Shown in pieces: positions 25,150 through 35,651 of a stretch of 64,000 nt of DNA. The stretch is taken from contig OZ024748.1 in the NCBI GenBank assembly GCA_964016885.1, forward strand, positions 34,844,001 through 34,908,000, given 5' to 3'. The notes beneath the pieces were generated by a model. That model did no database searches and was not told the DNA's origin. It was given only the letters and a program-made list of their open reading frames with translations. This DNA is from Eledone cirrhosa. Lineage: Eukaryota. Each line of letters begins with the position of its first letter. The first letter of the stretch is position 1. Made by a program: the position numbers and the translations under genes.

Positions 25150-28100
25150 ATACTGGAGAGTCTGAAAAATCTGGACACTCAATGACAATGTCAAAGATAA
25201 AGATAGATTCACCTCATGTTGCCGGACGAGAATGCAAGGACTCCTCTTTATTTCGGCCGCGGATGGCTAACATAACCCCATCTCCCTCCTCCCTCCCTGC
25301 GCCTCATCCTTCCCACCCACCAAACGCAATCCAAAACTTCAGAGTTGGTACCATGAATGTAGACACTTTAAAAGGTCGCTCTAACGAGGTTGTAGAGATG
25401 CTTGAACGTAAGGAAGTTGATGCTTGTTGTGTCCAAGAGACTAGGTGGAGGGGTGGGTCTGCTAGATTCATTGTGGGTAAAAAACGATGCTATAAACTTT
25501 TCTGGGTGGGAAATGACAAATGGGCTGGGTGGAGTAGGAATTATGTTAGCAGAAAAATGGGTAGATAAGATAATAGACGTAAATAGAGTGAACGACAGAA
25601 TATCTAAAATAAGACTTGCCCTAAATAGAACTACTGTGACAATAATATCCGCATAGTGGTTAGAGCATTGGGCTTGCAATCGAAAGGTTGTGAGTTCAAT
25701 TCTCAGACCGGGTGATGTGTTTTTTCCTTGAGCAAGACACTTTATTTCACGTTGCTCCAGTTTACTCAGCTGTAGAAATGAGATGATAGGGACTGGGGTC
25801 CCTATCATTCCACTGTAAAGTGGTTGTGGAAGAGCCACGGCAAAAGAGCAACCAGCCCACACTGTAAAGTGGCTGTGTAGGCGCCATGGCAAAAAAGCAC
25901 CCAGCACTCACTGTAAATGAGGTTGGTGTTAGGAAGGGCATCCAGCTGTAGAAATCAAGCCAGAATCAGTTCCCGTTGCACCCTTGCAAGCAGGGAAAAA
26001 CGGACATAAAATGATGATGATGATGATGATATGCACCCCAATCCGGACTGCCTGGCGTTATAAAAGATAGATTCTATGAGTCGCTAATGCTCACTACCTC
26101 CCAAATAACCGACAGTGACTACATAATTATTGCTGGTGACCTAAATGGTCATGTTGGACAACATTGTGACTGCTATGACGGAATCCATGGAGGCTATGGG
26201 TTTGGTACTAGAAATGAGGAAGGCTCCAGAATCCTGGAATTCTGTAATGCAAATAACCTAACCATCTGTAACACAAACTTCAAAAAACAAGACAATCACT
26301 TGATCACCTATAGATCAGGGGAACACACAAGCCAGGTAGATTATATCCTTACCAGAAGACGTGACAGAGTGCCCGTTGTAAACACTAAATCCCTCCCCCA
26401 TGAAGAATGCACCTCCTAACATAGCCTCATAGTTAGCGACCTCATAGTCAGGACGAGACGTACTTGACAACAGAGGAGGACAACCCTAAGGAGAAGAATA
26501 TGGAAGTTAAAGGACCCCACAGCCAATAACAAATTTAAAAGCATATTACTTGATGCTTTTGACAGTCAGGAAGAGCGATTAGAGACGTACAATATAGAGG
26601 AACTGTGGGAATTCCTGAAGGTTAACCTGCTGAAGGCGACAGATGAAATCTGTGGCTGGAGCAGACCTATAGGCAGGAGGAGAGTAACATGATGGTGGAA
26701 CAGTAAGGTGGAGGAGTCGATCAGGGCCAAAAAGCAGGCTTGGAAAGTATGGCGGGATGGGGGAAGTAGAGAACACTATCAAGTGGCCAGGAGGGAAGCT
26801 AGGAGACAAGTGTACTCTGCAAGAAGGAAAGCAGAGAAAAGAAAGTTCAAGCATTTTCTACAACACGAGGACCAAAAATGTGAGGTGTTCAGGATTGCTA
26901 GGCAATCTGTCAAGGAAAACCGTGATATTGTCGGGGAGAAGTGTGTCCGTAATGATGATGGTGTACTTGCCATCACTGATGCTGATAAGAAGGTAGCTTG
27001 GAAGTGTCACTACAAGAGGCTACTAAATGAGGAGAATAAGTTGGACAAAGACAGTCTCCCCCACATCGATCCAATAGAGGGACCAGCAGTGCAAGTTGAA
27101 GGTAGTATAATAAGTAAGGCAATCAAAGATATGAAGACAGGCAAGGCAGCTGGGCCTTCGGAGATAGTTGCTGAAATGCTGAAAGCATCTGGAATGGTGG
27201 GACACACTATGGTCACCCGGATAGTAAACCAAGTCATACAGAACGGGGTCATACCAAATGACTGGCGTAGCAGCATCATCATTAACTGCGACAAGGGTAA
27301 AGGAGATGCACTAGATAGAGGAAACTATAGAGGCATTAAATTAATTGACCAGGTCATGAAACGTCACAGAAAGAGTTATAGCGCAACTAATCAGAGAGCG
27401 AATTGATCTAGATGAAATGCAGTTTGGGTGTGTGTCAGGTAAAAGTACCACAGATGCCCTTTTCCTTGTATACAACTACAGGAGAAGTACCTAGCTAAAA
27501 GTAAACCCCTATACTTAGCTTTTGTTGACTTGGAGAAAGCATTTAACAGAGTCCCCCGTGCCATTATCTGGTGGGCCCTTAGAAAACTAGAGGTTGATGA
27601 ATGGCTTGTGAGAGCTATACAAGCCATGTATAAAGAAACAGTCAGCAAGGTTAGAATTAACAACGAATATTGTGAAGAATTTAGCGTAAAAGTTGGTGTT
27701 CATCAGGGCTCTGTCCTTAGCCACCTCCTATTTATTATTGCCCTTCAGGCTATAACAGAGGAGTTCAAGACCATGGGAACGTCTCTATACAGGTGATCTA
27801 ACGCTCATAGCTGAATTGATGGCTGAACTAGAGAAGAAATTCCAAACATGGAAGCATGGCCTAGAATCAAAAGGGTTTAAAGTTAACTTGTCTAAGACTA
27901 AAGTTCTAGTATGTAGGAAGGAAAATAGAGCACAGGTCCCCTCTGGGAAATGGCCATGCTCAGTGTGTAGGAAAGGAGTAGGCAGAAATTCCATTTTATG
28001 TCCCAAATACAAAGTATGGGTGCATAAAAGATGTAGTGGGATCACAGGTAAGCTATCTAAGAACGTAGATTTTATATGTGGCCGGTGCTCAGGTGAAATA

Positions 28101-28740
28101 AGTAGCAAGCGCCCACAGGATACTAGCTCCTTCTATTGCCCAGATGGGTCTTTAGAAATAGTGAACACCTTCCGTTACCTGGGTGACAAAATTAGCAGTG
28201 GTGGAGGGTGCTCAGAAAGTAGAGTACAGTAGCTAGAATCAGAACGGGATGGAAAAAGTTCAGAGAGTTTATACCACTATTGGCCACTAAAGATTTCTCT
28301 CTAAAAATGAAAGGCAGGCTGTATGATGCCTGCATACGAACAACAATGTTACATGGCAGTGAGACCTGGGCATTGTGTGCAGACTGGAGAGGAACAAAGC
28401 ATGCATGCTCCGCTGGATGTGTAATAGTAATATATGTGAACAGCAAAGTATAAATGGACTAAGTGAGAAATTAGGTATAAGAGGGATCATATGCTGTTTA
28501 CTCGAGAGAAGACTATGTTGGTATGGCCACGTGATGCGCATGAAAGACGACAGCTGTATAAAAAAGTGCAGGGCGATCAAAATTGATGGAAGTTACGGAG
28601 TAGGCTGACCCAGAATAACCTGGGATAATTTGATAAATTCCGACCTTACACCTCTCGAAGACAATGTCACTGGACTGAGATCTTTGGCGCTACGCAGTAA
28701 TACAGAAAACCCGCCTTGCCTAAGTACAAAGCGAAACCTA
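25150..28740 (+). mobile_element. Near full-length decayed RTE-clade LINE in GATAD1 intron 3 (APE + RT + Cys-rich insert)
   Basis: RVGTMNV, CVQETRW, AGDLNGHVG, SQVDYIL, NYRGIKL, FVDLEKAF, GVHQGSVLS, FRYLG; many stops and frameshifts; ends approximate. Confidence 0.9.
25654..26029 (+). mobile_element. tRNA-derived SINE nested in the LINE endonuclease domain
   Basis: A-box-like tagtggttagagc, B-box-like gagttcaattc, (ATG)n tail; interrupts the IISA|YAPQ motif. Confidence 0.85.
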
Positions 28741-28879
28741 GTCAGTAGGCACCTCTTAATCAAATATACACCCATCCCCACCCCCATCAACACCACCACT
28801 TTCTCTGTAAAGTTATGTTGGTACCACAACATCCAGTCCTAAATAAATGAGGTCGTGTAGGTGTCACGACAAAAAAAAA

Positions 28880-29100
28880 CACAGTCCACGCTGTAATGTG
28901 GTCATGTAGGTAACACGCTAAAAACCTCCCAGTCCACACTGAAAACGTGGTTGGTGTTAGGAATGGCATCCAGCTGTAGAAAACCTGCCAGACAGTCCCA
29001 TACGAGTGAGACGACCAATCTTGCCTCAAGTGGGACAATTCCTGTCTAAACCCATGCTAGCATGGAAGATAGACGTTAAACAATGATGATGGTGATGACA
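28880..29100 (+). mobile_element. SINE 3' portion with (GAT)n tail
   Basis: gtggttggtgttaggaatggcatccagctgtagaaa..ccatgctagcatggaa..gacgttaaacaatgatgatg. Confidence 0.7.
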
Positions 29101-29218
29101 TTTCTACAATTAAGTATTAGCAAATGAGTTGATCTAAATTTGTGTACAATATAAACTGGAGTAGATGTAATATTTATGGCTGATTCTTTTAACTTAGGTT
29201 TTCTCTCCACTGTTACAG

Positions 29219-29481
29219 GACCAGAAGAAGACTTACCTCGTAAGCTGGAGTTTATGGAATTTGTATGTCACGCTCCATCGGATTACTACAAGTGTTTCAA
29301 GCAACCTTACCCATGCATAACAAACACACCTGAACTCAGCTATGTTTGGAGTCCCTTCCAACCTTGTATTCGTATTGTGCCATCAAAAGATGAGATATTT
29401 GGCACTAAACATTGTCCAAAAAAGACTGAGAAGTTGAAACCAGATAAAAAAGACAAACACACTGATAAAGAAACTAATTAG
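29219..29481 (+). CDS. GATAD1: GATAD1 coding exon 4 (terminal)
   Basis: GPEEDLPRKLEFMEFVCHAPSDYYK matches the GATAD1 C-terminal motif; ttacag acceptor in the correct phase; spliced CDS is 813 nt. Confidence 0.95.
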
Positions 29482-30430
29482 ATTAATTAAGAGAAATAAA
29501 GAATTCATTGATTTTTTTTTTTAATTTTTGGTAAAATTCCTGAGTTTGTTTCTTTTAATTTATATTTAGGCTGTGTGACACTTTGCACAAATGTCTTCTA
29601 TTATACCTTGTGAGTGGAATTTGGTAGATGGCGACTGTAGAAGTCAGTCATATATATATATAGAATTATCTTATACATATCACTGAAGGGTCGATATAAT
29701 ATTGTTCTCTAGGGATATACACAACCGCTAGCAACTTAAACATAAGGAGCCTGACCAAAATCCCTGACTGCAAAAACAGTCTGTGAATTGAAAAATAAAT
29801 AAGTCAGACCACTTCAATAAATTGTGATGGTCATCGTTATCAGATCAAATTCTTCAACTTGAATTGGAGAATAAATCAAAACATGTCAATAGATCGATAT
29901 GGTCATTACCAGAACAAATTCGTCATCAGATTGTGTGTGTCTATGTTTATGACTGAAACCAGTAAAAGAATATTATATCAAATTGTGTTTATTTACATGT
30001 GTATTGGTATATTTGTATATAAATATTTATAAAATGCACCCAGTACACTCTGTAAAATGGTTGGTGATACGAGTTTGTAGCTGTAGAATCAATGACAAAT
30101 CCAGAAAATATGGGAGTTAAGTACCTCTAATTAAATGGATGATAAATGATATGGCACTTGTGCGTATGGGCAGATAAATATCCATGAATTTCAGTGTGTG
30201 CATACATGCATAATTGTAAATATGTGCACTTTATTTCATTTTAATTTTTGTTAAAATATATGAGGATCAATTGCATTGCTACCTGATGTGAAGTGTGTGT
30301 GTTTATATACAGATGTACCTAATCATGCATGCTTGTGTGTGAATATGTTTACATATACCTGGATAATTGTTTAGTCATTTGAAGTCAAGAAAAGATACTT
30401 TTGTAAAAATAATGCAACCAATGACCAGGT

Positions 30431-30571
30431 AGTGGTGTTAAACTGGGTGACAGATTAAGTCTACCACTCAAGGACTAGATGGTTGTATTAAACTAGGTGA
30501 CAGATTAAGTCTACCACTCAAGGACTAGATGGTTGTATTAAACTAGGTGACAGATTAAGTCTACCACTCAA
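30431..30571. repeat. 50-bp tandem repeat, about 3 copies
   Basis: aaactaggtgacagattaagtctaccactcaag recurs every 50 nt. Confidence 0.9.
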
Positions 30572-31450
30572 GTAGGCCACAGCAAAATTTGCGCTCAGAA
30601 TGAAAAGAGGCAGTAGAAATATAGCAAGGCATCTCATCCAACAATCTACAGTCCTGGACTGGTATTTTATTTTATTGATCCCCAAAAGGATGAAAGGCAA
30701 AGTTGATCTTGGTGAGATTTTGAACTCAGTGTGCTGTGAATTTCAAGCCCAGTGTAAGTTTTGGTAGATAAGTTACATGTGACTTTTCCCACCTGCTTTT
30801 TTTAGTAGAAAAAAAATGACATATATACAATTATACGTGGAATATAATTTCCAATATCAATTATGTAAATTATACAGAAATACATCTTAAAGAACTATAG
30901 AATTTATTTTTAACTTCATAAAAATGTTTTTAAATGCATCTTTTCACTTTTTGTGTTCATGTTCATTAAAAGTTTCAAGTAGTTCTAACTTCAAATTTAT
31001 CAGTTGTATATCATAATTAGTCTTTTTTACTTTTTAATTGTTTAATGAAAGATGGAAGGGTAGTGCATGACTTCCAGGATTAGTGAGGGAAGGACTGGAG
31101 GGAATAGGGAGGGGAGGAAGGTCATACTTAAACCATTGATCTGGTGGACTGTACCAGATATCTTTATCTTAGAAGTACTTACCTTATCTCTTAACATCCT
31201 TATTTTATATATAAATGACTTCGACAAGTCCAGATTCTTTAATTTTACAACAAAATTATTTTCAAAGATACAAAAAACGCTAAAATTCTAAAAATTATTT
31301 TTCTTTTCAATCAGAAATTGAGGGTCAATTAAAAACTTAGTGAACTTCCATGAACTCTTGATACTTGAATTGTTTTATGGGACAGAGACAGAGAGTGCTA
31401 TTTTGGATGGGTAGTGGGGGCTATTTTTTATGGATTGAGGATGGGATCTT

Positions 31451-31578
31451 TTATCTGGGTGTTTTGTAGATTTTTGAAGATCTTTCATTTCTCTTGTGGA
31501 ATATTTTCTTACAATATTCATAAGAACTAATCATTATGGCACAAGCAGGAGCAACTTTCACAAGGCGTGGCACCAACC
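31451..31578 (-). CDS. SLC25A40: Mitochondrial carrier SLC25A39/40-like, terminal exon
   Basis: [21 protein letters not shown]; tttcctag acceptor; TAA stop. Confidence 0.9.
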
Positions 31579-32409
31579 CTAGGAAAATAAAAATAATAAA
31601 TAAAACAATAAAACACGCATATTTATAAAGGGAAGAGTATAGTCGATACAATCAACCCTAATATAAAACTGGTATTTAATTCATCAACTACATAAAACTA
31701 AATACTAACACATATTTAGTTTAATTTTAACATTAAATAGTGATTTATAATATAAGAGGAACAGGGCCACAATTGTTCAGGATAGGTACATCATCATCAT
31801 CATCATTTAACATCTGTTTTCCCTGCTAGCAAGGGTTGGATGTGTTATCATAGGGTCAGTACTAGGTGGAGCTACTGACCTTTCAGAAGTTTTGGGTGTC
31901 TGTACCTTACATTCCTGCACTCTGAGTACTTGGGCAATCCTGCATGTCACCAAATGTTCCTGCATTCTCCTGATGTTATAACAGCACTAAGAAATATGTC
32001 ATGTCTTTAACATAATTGAGGAGTCTTCCCGACCCTTTTTTTGGCAGGTTTTCTACAGCTGATTGTTCTATCAGCAACCACTTTACAGAGTATACTGGCT
32101 GAGTACATTTTATTTTATTAACATCATTGGTTGACTGGTGTATTATTCTAGTCCCAGGAGGGGATGAAAAACAATATTAAACTTTGGCAGGATTTGAACT
32201 CAGAATGTAAAGGATTATTGAAACACCACAATTCATTTATTCCAACTCTAAACATTCTGCCAATATTGACCAATGTTCCAAAACAATGTTTACATTCCTA
32301 AAAGAACCTTAAAGGAGCCAGCAGGTAAAAATTGGGGATCAAATGAGGAAGAAGAAAGTTTTGAAATTCCAAAATATTTATAAAATAAAAACAAAAAAGT
32401 ATATTTTAC

Positions 32410-32487
32410 CTGTAAATAATGACTGGAATCCTTGACTTCTGTAAAGTTGTTTTATCAAAGACCACGTAGATGTAGACATTTTGGGAC
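32410..32487 (-). CDS. SLC25A40: SLC25A39/40-like internal exon (PKMSTSTWSLIKQLYRSQGFQSLFT)
   Basis: ag/gt boundaries with phases matching both neighbours. Confidence 0.85.
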
Positions 32488-32742
32488 CTAGCAATGGTAA
32501 TCAACAAGAGTCACTTTATAACTTGTAGATATAACATCTCATAATATATTTGGTTAGAGGGCATCAGTGATAATACTAGGGTGGATCAGGAAGGGATATG
32601 TACCCTACGCATTACATATTGGGGGGATGAGGAGGCATTTCATGATTTAGGTTTTTATTTAAAATATGCTTTTCAGGAGAAATGTAACAATACCATAACT
32701 GTATGGCACTGGCAGAGCCAACTGTTATGTTGACAATGTCTA

Positions 32743-32788
32743 TGTCAACATATCAGTTGACATCTTTATGTCAACTGATATGTTGACA
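32743..32788. repeat. Perfect 21-bp stem with a 4-nt loop, intronic
   Basis: tgtcaacatatcagttgacat-cttt-atgtcaactgatatgttgaca. Confidence 0.9.
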
Positions 32789-32861
32789 ATGTATACAACA
32801 ATGATGACACAGAATATTCAACATTCAATAAAATATTGAGAATATAAAACAAACAACTTAC

Positions 32862-32940
32862 ATCCAGGCTGGTGGAGACCAAAACTAATTTGCCGATGTG
32901 TTTTAATGACATCAAAGGGCAACGTACAGACAGCAGCAAT
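32862..32940 (-). CDS. SLC25A40: SLC25A39/40-like internal exon (IAAVCTLPFDVIKTHRQISFGLHQPG)
   Basis: Carrier signature PxDxxKT; ctcctttag acceptor and gtaagt donor. Confidence 0.92.
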
Positions 32941-33142
32941 CTAAAGGAGTAGATACATGTTTCATGATACCAATTAGATAGAATGAAAAAATGGTAATTA
33001 ACCACACACACATCCACAGATTACTATAGTCAACCAAGATACATATATTCTGTTACATATATGGAGTCACACCATCAGCAAATATCTGGTGTTATTTTTA
33101 CACCTCTGTATCTACATCTTAAACATATATATATATATAGCC

Positions 33143-33189
<47 letters not shown>

Positions 33190-33251
33190 CATCAAAATGA
33201 CGAGCTGTGTTGTTGCAATTAAGTATATTGAAAAAATTAAAGTTATGGGCG

Positions 33252-33794
33252 AAATAGAGGATTATCCGTCATCAGTTGTCTACTAGGAATCAGGTATTTC
33301 TTCGCGTTAGAGACAAGATACCTCAGCCTAGGACAAAACAATAACTAAAATAAGTTATTGGGTTAAAAGAAGGGGGGGGGGGGGGCACATGTAAACAGAC
33401 AGGAATGGTGAAGCAACGTAAAGAGAGGGAAATTAGGAAAAATATCAAGTCAACAACTCATTTCGAACATAAGAACGGACGAATTTTGATGAGAGACAAA
33501 AGACAGCATCTTGACCATAGCAGTGTTAGCGAGAAGAGTGCTGGACGATGTTTGTCTCTCATCAAAATTCGTCTGTTCTTATGTTCGAAATGAGTTGTTC
33601 ACTTGATATTTTTCCTAATTTTCCTCTCTTTACATTGCTTCACCCTTCCTGTCTGTTTACATGTAGCTCCCCCCTTTCTTTTAACCCAATAACTTATTTT
33701 AGTTATTGTTTGCCCTAGGCTGAGGTATCTTGTCTCTAACGCAAAGAAATACCTGATTCCTAGCAGACAACTGATGACGGATAATCCTCTATTT
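33252..33794. mobile_element. Foldback/MITE-like long inverted repeat (arms about 245 bp, 50-nt spacer) between (TA)n tracts
   Basis: 33252-33500 is the reverse complement of 33551-33794 with scattered, mostly transition, differences. Confidence 0.7.
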
Positions 33795-33949
33795 ATAAAT
33801 ATATATATATATATGGTTGATAATATAAAGAACCAGTGAAGTACTGGAGTCATTTAATTAACTTTCCCCTCCCCAAAAACTGTTGGCCTTCTTCCTAAAA
33901 TAGAAGCTATTACCATTTCAACAGTGTTATAAAGGTAAGCCATACTTAC

Positions 33950-34059
33950 AGAACCAGCAATGCCACCAGATATTAAAGTTTCATGGAACTCAATCTCATT
34001 GGAGACTTTTTTCAACAGAATTCTTGCCTTGATTGCTTCATAACCAAACCAGTATATAC
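33950..34059 (-). CDS. SLC25A40: SLC25A39/40-like internal exon (GIYWFGYEAIKARILLKKVSNEIEFHETLISGGIAGS)
   Basis: Conserved YWF.YE motif; ag/gtaagt boundaries in phase. Confidence 0.92.
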
Positions 34060-34389
34060 CTGTAATGGATTAGATAATATATTTATACCTGTAGTTAATT
34101 AGACAATACCTGTAAAGAAATAGGTGGTATCTGTAGAACATTGGATAATATCTAGAAAACATTTAAGTTTTCTGATGACAAACCAAAATACAGTTGGAAA
34201 GTATTTAATATTGATACCAATTCACCCTCACCTGAGAATCACATTAATAAAACACACCTGAAATAACCCATATGGTGGACTGATAACTTCATAAATGTTG
34301 GTAAGAGAGAGATAGTGTGGAAGAGATAGTGAGAAATAGAGTGGGAGAGAGTATGTTTAGTGGAGATAAATAAAAAGAAGTCAACTGAC

Positions 34390-34563
34390 CTGAAAATGGA
34401 ACATCTCTGAACAAAGTGGGTCCTAACCCTCTCCATAGTGACGCAATACCTCTCTGAGAAACTTCAGTTTTGATAAAACCTCCTATCATAGAATAACTGA
34501 AGTTGGACGACTGCAGTTGGGTTCTTACTAATTCTAAAGGACTTATCACAGTTGCAGCCCAAA
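34390..34563 (-). CDS. SLC25A40: SLC25A39/40-like internal exon (VWAATVISPLELVRTQLQS..LWRGLGPTLFRDVPFS)
   Basis: Family-typical SPLELxRT and RDVPFS motifs; splice sites in phase. Confidence 0.95.
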
Positions 34564-34614
34564 CTGGAACAGAGACACACAGACATATAAATAGAAAGGA
34601 TGTCATTGATAGAG

Positions 34615-35497
34615 TTGTGGTGGTGGTGGTGATGGTAGTGGTGGTAGGGGTAGTGGTAGTATTGGTGGTGGTGGTGGTGGTGATGTTGGTAGTGGTGGTA
34701 GTATTGGTGGTGGTGGTGATGGTGGTATTGGTAGTATTGGTGGTGATGGTGGTGGTGGTAGTATTGGTGGTGGTGGTAGTGGTAGTATTGGTGGTAGTGG
34801 TAGTATTGGTGGTGGTGGTAGTAGTATTGGTGGTGGTGGTAGTATTGGTGGTGGTGGTGGTAGTAGTATTGGTGGTAGTGGTAGTAGTATTGGTGGTGGT
34901 GGTGGTGGTAGTATTGTTGGTGGTGGTAGTAGTATTGGTGGTGGTGGTGGTGGTGGTGGTAGTAGTATTGGTGGTGGTGGTGGTGGTAGTATTGGTGGTG
35001 GTGGTGGTAGTAGTATTGGTGGTGGTGGTGGTAGTAGTATTGGTGGTGGTGGTAGTAGTAGTATTGGTGGTGGTCGTAATATTGGTGGTGGTAGTGGTAG
35101 TAGTATTGGTGGTGGTGTTAGTATCGGTGGTGGTGGTAGTAGTGGTGGTGGTGGTGGTAGTAGTAGTAGTAGTACTGGTGGTGGTGGTAGTATTGGTAGT
35201 AGTGGTGGTGATGGTCGTGGTGGTGGTATTGGTAGTATTGGTGGTGATGGTGGTGGTAGTATTGGTGGTGATGGTGGTAGTATTGGTGGTGGTGGTGATG
35301 GTGGTGGTAGTATTGGTGGTGGTGATGGTGATGGTGGTGGTAGTATTGGTGGTGATGGTAATGGTAGTATTGGTGGTGGTGGTGGTAGTATTGGTGGTGA
35401 TGGTGGTAGTGGTGGTGATGGTGATAGTGATAGTATTGATGATGGTGGTTGTAGTATTGGTAGTAAAGTTGGTGGATATGTGGTAGTAGTAGTAGTA
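34615..35497. repeat. (GGT/GTA)n compound trinucleotide repeat filling an intron
   Basis: Direct inspection; gives a spurious poly-Val ORF. Confidence 0.92.
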
Positions 35498-35515
35498 TCA
35501 GTTCCTTCTACTCAC

Positions 35516-35643
35516 CTCTAGCTATTGTTCCAGCCACCATTGGTTTCCATAAATCACTGGAGTGCCATGGTCTGTACTTTAAATATGACTTTAACTGTTC
35601 ATAACATGTGAAGTAAATAACTGTAGCTGGTACTGCCATCACT
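35516..35643 (-). CDS. SLC25A40: SLC25A39/40-like internal exon (VMAVPATVIYFTCYEQLKSYLKYRPWHSSDLWKPMVAGTIAR); earlier exons lie beyond the window
   Basis: VMAVPATVIYFTCY matches SLC25A40; tttacag acceptor and gtgagt donor. Confidence 0.93.
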
Positions 35644-35651
35644 CTGTAAAT

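Noticed and set aside
25654-25715. tRNA gene
   Set aside because: A/B boxes are present but there is no complete cloverleaf, and it continues into a SINE body and tail
34503-35486. 327-aa poly-Val ORF
   Set aside because: Trinucleotide repeat lying antisense within an SLC25A40 intron/exon
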